Source: Promethearchaeota archaeon
GTDB taxonomy: Archaea; Asgardarchaeota; Lokiarchaeia; Sigyniarchaeales; SOKP01
DNA length: 64,000 bases
Direction: 5' to 3'
NCBI GenBank assembly: GCA_030599585.1
Contig: JAUVNS010000002.1
Span: forward strand, 96,001-160,000
Position numbers and translations under genes: made by a program. Positions 59,001 through 64,000 of the stretch are shown here, in pieces (the first letter of the stretch is position 1; every line of letters starts with the position of its first letter). The notes under the pieces were generated by a model. It was given only the letters and a program-made list of their open reading frames with translations, was not told the origin of the DNA and made no database searches.

Positions 59001-59458
59001 TTTCCGAGCCAAAGATTTACAAATTCATCAACAAAATGGATTTCGTTTTCAACTCCCTCAACCTTATCTTTTAAAAACACTTCAATTTTTTCTTCTTCTT
59101 GGTATACAATATCAGGAGGAAATTCCTCTATCAAGGAGTAGATTGCCCCATTTAATTTAGAACTGCCAATCTTTTTTTCTAAAAATTCATAAAGTTCGTT
59201 ATTTAACAGTGAATTCTGGGTTTCTTCTTTGTACAAATTGTACAGGAATTTATTAATTTCGTATATTAATGCCATTCCATTAAATTCACCAATTCGAATA
59301 GCAATTTCCGGATAATTAATTAAATCTCTTTTTTGATTTAATTTTTGAACGAGCATCCTAACTAAATGGATATTTCCGTTAAATTCAATATTACCCTTTT
59401 CTGAAAATTTAAATTCAGCAAATTCGTACTTATTCCTTGCGTCTCTCGAGATTTTCAT
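56045..59458 (-). CDS. Large GH13 alpha-amylase family protein
   Basis: WLIGLW, DMVPNH, W.DTAQL, RFDAAM, AEAFW, NPDEE and TMPGLPM. Confidence 0.85.
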   Translation of the reverse strand: MKISRDARNKYEFAEFKFSEKGNIEFNGNIHLVRMLVQKLNQKRDLINYPEIAIRIGEFNGMALIYEINKFLYNLYKEETQNSLLNNELYEFLEKKIGSSKLNGAIYSLIEEFPPDIVYQEEEKIEVFLKDKVEGVENEIHFVDEFVNLWLGNMNPSYSPFIELFDDESLEKRTAYREIVDEISNFFEEQTKFGPNNQNLIEMLKEPIEKYPHSIREQLTHIHDSWGSILGKYTFQILIALDIIREEEMLRGLGPGDSEAYEYDSLEIENYTIDKEWMPKVIMIAKNIYVWMDQLSKKYERTITKLHDIPNEELTQLKEWGFTGLWLIGLWERSQASKTIKRWCGNPEAEASAYSTYDYVIAHDLGGYDSYDNLKNRAKERGIRLACDMVPNHTGIVSKWVLEHPDWYISLPYSPFPSYSFSGENLSGDPNVGIYIEDKYFTRTDAAVTFKHVNFRTGEIKYVYHGNDGTSFPWNDTAQLDFLNPEVREAVIQTILHISKMFPIIRFDAAMTLTRKHYQRLWFPEPGTGGAIPSRAEQGISKDEFYKAMPSEFWREVVDRINKENPDTLLLAEAFWLLEGFFVRTLGMHRVYNSAFMNMLRDEDNAMYRLVLKNTLQFDPEILKRFVNFMSNPDEETAIKQFGDGDKYFGVCVMLVTMPGLPMFGHGQIEGYKEKYGMEYRRAYWDEGINLGLLEHHKEILFPIMKKRYLYANVTNFLLYDFWTGSVVNEDVFAYSNRVNNERALIIFHNKYAEVNGYIKNSVGIAQKVDDNKQIIQITLAEGLKLPVEGYCIFKDSITGLEYIRRNKELHDDGLYIELHAYQKFLFMDFQIINDNEFFHYAQLHDLLNGRGVPNMHETLHELVYQPLHESFKILINTSSLKYLLNPNKVKKEAELIYNNLDAFLLEVKKYSSSQKDYTDIKNDIILRSKVILKLRHNVGELRIPEEYKDIFINLLPSSEVEWGIIFSYLIVHQLGRFESNDNYKFLSRSLFDEWRLSKYINKTLNDLGKDKKDERLEVDSIIKLMIGLQDWSNLVINGKKDLYSVFQMFFSDPEVQQYLKVNRFQQLLWYNAELFDNFIKWMWVIAIIELLVKSIEDTDEELKKLLDYYLMIKKVSKTTNFQVVKLLDDLHNYSQT

Positions 59459-59533
59459 GAGAATTACAACTCATTACTCTAACATTTATTAAAAGTACCC
59501 TAATGTTAATTGACAAATGTATTTTAAAACAAG

Positions 59534-59574
59534 CTATACTAATTATATTTATATATACTATACTAATTATATTT
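59534..59574. repeat. Perfect 17-bp direct repeat CTATACTAATTATATTT x2 in a divergent promoter
   Basis: Copies at 59534-59550 and 59558-59574 (24-nt period). Confidence 0.8.
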
Positions 59575-59602
59575 TCGATAATTCAAAATTTGAAAAGTTA
59601 AA

Positions 59603-60988
59603 ATGTCTTCACGCGTACAAAAGTTAGATGAACTTAACAAAAATGGCCGAATTGTAGGAAGGGCTAATTATATATTTACACCCGAGATAGCGAGTTCTAT
59701 TGGTTCTATTCATGGGAGTTCTTTTAAGAAAGACGAAACTATTGTTATTGGACGAGATTATCATAACGATAGCCGCATGTTGAAGAGAGGTTATACTGCG
59801 GGAGTAATGAGTACTGGAGTGAATGTATTAAATCTAACAGAATGTACATTTCCATTATTAGAATTCACCATAAGACGATTTGGAGCAAGTGGAGGTGCCT
59901 ATTTTTCAGGAGGTCATCTATATAGTGAAGATGTAGGAGTAAGATTTGCAGATGCTGGAGGTATAGAATTAGCACCTCAAGAAATAAAAAAAATCATTGA
60001 GTCATACAATACTTACCCCGCTCAAATTAGACGCGTCGATCCCAGAAGGATTGGACGTATTATTGCAATCCCTCAGACTCAAGATGTGTATACAAAATCA
60101 TTAGAACAATTTGTCAGCAAAAAGCTTATCAAAGAGGCTGATTTAAAAATAGTAGTTGATTGTTCTTTCAGTCCAACTGGTAAAATAACTCCACTCTTAT
60201 TTAATGAAGTAGGGGTTGAAGTAATTGCCCTAAATACGCATTACCGTGAGAGGTCACTAGTTCCAGTTCCAAGCATAAATACTATTAAAAATACCGCGGA
60301 TATCGTAAAAGCATCAAATAGTCATTTAGGAGTGTGTTTTGACGTTGACGGATCACGATTATTGGTAGTTGATGAAAATGGCTTGGAGGTTAGCTTCGAG
60401 GAACTTTTGATGTTTTTCATTACATACGACCAGCGAATCCAAAAAGCTAAAAATAGTACGATAATTACAACTCCGTCAATCTCTCGCGTTGTTAAAGATT
60501 TTATAAAGGAGAGTGGGCATCCACTTAAACTTGTAGAAAATTATCCCGGAGAGCTTTCTCGTCAAATAAGACAAGAAAGAGCTTGTTTTGCTGCAGCAGA
60601 TTCCTTAAAATTTTACTTTCCTCATTATTCTCCAATAAGCGATGGAAACTATATTTTACTCAAAATTTTAGAAATTATGGCTCTTCAAAAGGATTTAATA
60701 AGTTCTCTAAACAAAGGGTTTCCCAAGGGTATAAAAGTCAATAAAACAATACCAGTTTCGGCAGAAATTTTGGAAACAATCCACAACAAATTAATAGAGT
60801 TTGCAGATGAGCATAACTTAAAGTATCAAGATATCATCAATGAATTAAAAATAATTGACGATGATGTGTACGTAAATATTAAGGTTGCTCTTAATAGAAA
60901 TGCGATCTTACTCTCTGCAGAGTCGGACGACAAACACAAATCAGAAAAAATGATATCGGAGCTCTCAAAAATACTTTCCAAATTTTAA
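59603..60988 (+). CDS. Phosphoglucomutase/phosphomannomutase-fold protein, catalytic motifs degenerate
   Basis: IVG.AN..FTPE, VIGRD...SRML, P...F and KIVVD. The phosphoserine loop reads SGGHL instead of ASHN; the metal loop reads FDVDGSR instead of FDGDxDR. Confidence 0.8.
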   Translation: MSSRVQKLDELNKNGRIVGRANYIFTPEIASSIGSIHGSSFKKDETIVIGRDYHNDSRMLKRGYTAGVMSTGVNVLNLTECTFPLLEFTIRRFGASGGAYFSGGHLYSEDVGVRFADAGGIELAPQEIKKIIESYNTYPAQIRRVDPRRIGRIIAIPQTQDVYTKSLEQFVSKKLIKEADLKIVVDCSFSPTGKITPLLFNEVGVEVIALNTHYRERSLVPVPSINTIKNTADIVKASNSHLGVCFDVDGSRLLVVDENGLEVSFEELLMFFITYDQRIQKAKNSTIITTPSISRVVKDFIKESGHPLKLVENYPGELSRQIRQERACFAAADSLKFYFPHYSPISDGNYILLKILEIMALQKDLISSLNKGFPKGIKVNKTIPVSAEILETIHNKLIEFADEHNLKYQDIINELKIIDDDVYVNIKVALNRNAILLSAESDDKHKSEKMISELSKILSKF

Positions 60989-61161
60989 GCACCCAAAAAC
61001 ACTAAAATTTAATTACATGTAAGGTTAAATTATTACTAATTTTAGCATATTATTTTAATCCACGAAGCGAAATTAAAAATGGTCTGGTATTAATTTAAAA
61101 TAACATGTTATTATTATTATTATACTAAATTAAAAATAATAATTAGAAAAGAGTTTTTATT

Positions 61162-61857
61162 ATGGCTGTATTTGATATAAATTCTATGATTTTGGTAGGA
61201 GTTTTATTTGTTATTTTTGGAGTCTTTTTATTTTTCGATCTTTTCAAAAGAAACGAAAAGTATGGGTATTTAGCGTATATTATTGCTCTAGTACCAATAA
61301 ATTTCCTATGGTTTCTTCAGTTTGATGTTCTTGGAGTATATTTAATATTATTTATACTATGGAATTTATGCTTAATAAGGGATTTATTTGGTGTAGCACG
61401 AGAAAAAGATCCAAAACAAATCAACGATATATTATTGTACTTGGTATTAGGTGTTATCATACAAATAATTATTACAGCGATTTTACCTGTGTCAATCGTT
61501 AGCATGCAAACTAATACTATACCGTACGGATTTTTCTATTTCCCGGATATTTATACTGGTTCATTTGCTATTGAACCTTGGGTGAATTCTACATTATTGC
61601 TTGGCTTCCGAATTATTGCTTCTATGTTGATTGGGTTAGTCATTGTTCCTATGCTTGTTGATCTTAGAGACGAAGAGGTACCTCTTCCGGTGTTTATAGT
61701 TATAATTGGTTTGTTTATCCTACCTTTTCTCTACTTGAGCTACATTTGGCTTCCCGAAGCGATGGTAGTATTAACTATACTAATGAGCGTAATCCTTTTC
61801 GTTGTTCTGATGATTATAACAAAGAGTGGCAAGGAAGTCCAGAAAAAAAAGAAATAA
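61162..61857 (+). CDS. Hypothetical multi-pass membrane protein
   Basis: About seven hydrophobic segments and a basic C-terminus. Confidence 0.7.
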   Translation: MAVFDINSMILVGVLFVIFGVFLFFDLFKRNEKYGYLAYIIALVPINFLWFLQFDVLGVYLILFILWNLCLIRDLFGVAREKDPKQINDILLYLVLGVIIQIIITAILPVSIVSMQTNTIPYGFFYFPDIYTGSFAIEPWVNSTLLLGFRIIASMLIGLVIVPMLVDLRDEEVPLPVFIVIIGLFILPFLYLSYIWLPEAMVVLTILMSVILFVVLMIITKSGKEVQKKKK

Positions 61858-61967
61858 ACTATAATTTTTATTTTTTTGTTATTATTTTTATATATATTGA
61901 ATTATACATTATCGTAAATTATCGAAATCAGTAAAAATAATATAAAACCATAAATGGTGTTAAGGTA

Positions 61968-62963
61968 ATGGCTAAAAAAAAGGAAGAAGAAGAAGAAGAA
62001 CAAAATAGGTCAATTAAAACGGAAATAGTATACAATCTAAAAACTCTCCCTGGTGTAGGGGACACCACCGTTAAGAAATTACAAGAGGCTGGCATTACAT
62101 CAATTAGAATTTTAGCTATTTACCCCTTAACTAAACTGATGGAAGATGCTGGGATAGGGGAAAAAACAGCTAGGAAGATAATTAAAGCCGCTCAAGACAT
62201 TGAAAAAATGGGATTTAAAAGCGCTGATATAATATGGGAAAAAAGAAAACATTTGAACCGCTTGACAACGAATAGTTCTACATTAGACGAAATTTTAGCA
62301 GGAGGTATTGAACCAGGTTCTGTTACTGAGTTTTATGGGGAATATAGAACGGGTAAGACTCAAATTGCTCATCAACTCTGCGTTAATGTTCAATTACCTT
62401 ATGAAGAAGGAGGATTAGAAGGAAATGCTCTTTATGTCGATACAGAAGCAACTTTTAGGCCTGAGAGAATAATTCAAATGGCAGATGCGAAAAATTTAGA
62501 TTATAACAAAACTTTGAAAAATATTATTGTTGGCCGGGCTTATAATAGCGACCATCAAGTATTATTAATAAAAGAAGCAACAAAAATAATTAAAGAAAAA
62601 AATATTAAACTCGTAGTTGTGGATTCGATAATAGGTCATTTTCGAAGCGAATACATAGGAAGGGGCACTTTAGCAAATAGACAACAAACTCTGAACGTTC
62701 ATATTCACGATTTATTACGACTAACAGAAGTGTTTGAAGAACTCGCTGTAATTTTTACTAACCAAGTTTCCTCGAAACCTGATGTGTTCTATGGTAATCC
62801 AACAGTGGCTACAGGTGGCCATATTATCGCTCATGGTGCTACTGTAAGAATATATCTAAGAAAAGGAAAGGGCGAAACGAGGGTAGCGAAAATGATCGAC
62901 GCACCCCATTTACCAGAAGCGGAAGCTGTGTTTTCAATAACAGAAGAAGGTATAAAAGATTAA
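61968..62963 (+). CDS. radA: DNA repair and recombination protein RadA
   Basis: N-terminal LPGVG HhH, GEYRTGKTQ, DTE.TFRPER, VVDS, RQQ.L, TNQV and YLRKGKG. Confidence 0.96.
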   Translation: MAKKKEEEEEEQNRSIKTEIVYNLKTLPGVGDTTVKKLQEAGITSIRILAIYPLTKLMEDAGIGEKTARKIIKAAQDIEKMGFKSADIIWEKRKHLNRLTTNSSTLDEILAGGIEPGSVTEFYGEYRTGKTQIAHQLCVNVQLPYEEGGLEGNALYVDTEATFRPERIIQMADAKNLDYNKTLKNIIVGRAYNSDHQVLLIKEATKIIKEKNIKLVVVDSIIGHFRSEYIGRGTLANRQQTLNVHIHDLLRLTEVFEELAVIFTNQVSSKPDVFYGNPTVATGGHIIAHGATVRIYLRKGKGETRVAKMIDAPHLPEAEAVFSITEEGIKD

Positions 62964-63002
62964 GCCAGTTAGTTTAAACAAATAAAGAGAATTATAAAAA
63001 AA

Positions 63003-63440
63003 CTAATAATTAAGGTTTACATCAACATCAATTCCTTCGCGTACGGCTTGCGTGACTATACAGTATTCCTCGAACATCTTTTTACATTGATCTGCTCTCT
63101 TACGCGTATCTGGATCACTAATTCTAATATTAAGGTCAACATCTATTTTCATTACTCTCCAAAATCCCTTTTTATTGCGAGCAATGGTTAATTCTGCCTC
63201 TGCTTTTAAATCGTCTAGAGTAAGATTTTTTTTCTTCAAACAAAAGATGAAACTTGCACTCAAACATCCTAACAACGCTAATCCTAGCATCCTAGTAGGA
63301 TTAGGCCCGAGCATATCTACTTCTTCAGTATGACTATCGTCAACATAGCAATCTTTTACTTTCATGTCCCCAAGTTCGCACGAAAATATCATTTCTTCTT
63401 TTAATGATAATCCTACTTTGGTTTTCATCTCATCTGACAT
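63003..63440 (-). CDS. OsmC/Ohr family protein
   Basis: GPNP...L..AL.GC...F and ...EEYCIVTQAV (two-Cys OsmC pattern). Confidence 0.85.
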   Translation of the reverse strand: MSDEMKTKVGLSLKEEMIFSCELGDMKVKDCYVDDSHTEEVDMLGPNPTRMLGLALLGCLSASFIFCLKKKNLTLDDLKAEAELTIARNKKGFWRVMKIDVDLNIRISDPDTRKRADQCKKMFEEYCIVTQAVREGIDVDVNLNY

Positions 63441-63608
63441 CTACTACACATCCACAATGATCTTTTTGCATTAAAATTTTATTTTCAATCCACTTGAGTG
63501 GTTATACTTTGAAACCATCATTTTACTCTTAAATCTTTTTTATTTAATTTATAAGGTCAAAGATTCGACTACAAGTCATCATCAAAAAAAAGAATATAAT
63601 TGTATTGT

Positions 63609-64000
63609 TTATTCAACGAGAATAATATATGTATTTTCTATCTTTGTTTTCACGGAATTAGCGAGAGGACACGCTTTTTCAGTTAGCTCTAAAACTTTTA
63701 AAGCCTTTTTTTTCTTCTCGGTTGATGAGATTGTCAAAGTAATTTTATTTTCTATTTTTTCCATAATTTTAATACCTGTTGAGGCACCAATGTAACCTTC
63801 TGCACTGATTTTAAGCGTTTTATATTTTAAATTTGAATTACTTGAGACTACAGAAAAAGTCGTAAAAAAACACCCAGATACAGCGGCGATAAAAAAATGT
63901 TCGGGAGTATAATGCTTCCGTAATCCATCTTCTCCTTTAGGACCATCATAAGCAAGGGGTAATTGAAAATCGATTTCAGATAAGTAAGTACTATCTGGTA
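63609..64000 (-). CDS. OsmC/Ohr family protein, C-terminal part (5' end beyond the window)
   Basis: Not on the ORF track. Manual translation gives ...HYTPEHFFIAAVSGCFFTTF...LELTEKACPLANSVKTKI...*, stop at 63609-63611. Confidence 0.8.
   Translation of the reverse strand, partial: PDSTYLSEIDFQLPLAYDGPKGEDGLRKHYTPEHFFIAAVSGCFFTTFSVVSSNSNLKYKTLKISAEGYIGASTGIKIMEKIENKITLTISSTEKKKKALKVLELTEKACPLANSVKTKIENTYIILVE

Noticed and set aside
1810-61934. Many 60-180 aa ORFs on the track that overlap longer genes (e.g. 3394-3723, 24266-24631, 36401-36889, 47970-48512, 55611-56000, 57486-57824)
   Set aside because: They lie antisense or out of frame within well-supported genes, have shadow-ORF composition and show no motifs.
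63441-63608. Possible SECIS-like hairpin (ATGA-TGGTT...AACCA on the minus strand) between the OsmC genes
   Set aside because: The stem is too short and lacks the 3' GA of the kink-turn core. No in-frame TGA read-through candidate was found in the visible genes.
1-64000. CRISPR arrays, tRNA or rRNA genes, IS elements, prophage
   Set aside because: No regularly spaced repeats, cloverleaf/T-loop signatures, rRNA-like GC-rich tracts, transposases or integrases were seen by eye.

Overview
This is an AT-rich (roughly 30% GC by eye), gene-dense archaeal chromosomal segment. It is almost certainly from an Asgard archaeon of the Lokiarchaeia type: it carries RadA, archaeal CdhA, an MtrH-like gene, three small-GTPase genes, and longin, roadblock, V4R, gelsolin and VWA-RING proteins. 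I saw no rRNA, tRNA, CRISPR array or transposase. Other content includes three DNA methyltransferases, a sulfatase cluster, leuA-leuC-leuD, two alpha-glucan metabolism clusters, and three paralogous single-pass membrane proteins with cytoplasmic longin-like domains. The most striking observation is not on the ORF track: a 33-codon leader ORF (24101-24202) directly upstream of leuA. Eleven of its last 12 sense codons are Leu, using all six Leu codons. It is followed by a GC-rich RNA element that can fold in alternative ways and can pair with the Leu codons. This looks like a leucine-sensing, ribosome-mediated attenuator in an Asgard archaeon. Also notable are the receptor-like longin proteins (one beside a Rab-like GTPase), a TFIIH-p44/Rpn10-like VWA-RING-RING protein, Rag-like and longin/DENN-like GTPase fusions, and several genes that appear to start at ATT, ATA or ATC. 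All domain calls come from motif recognition by eye; no searches were run.
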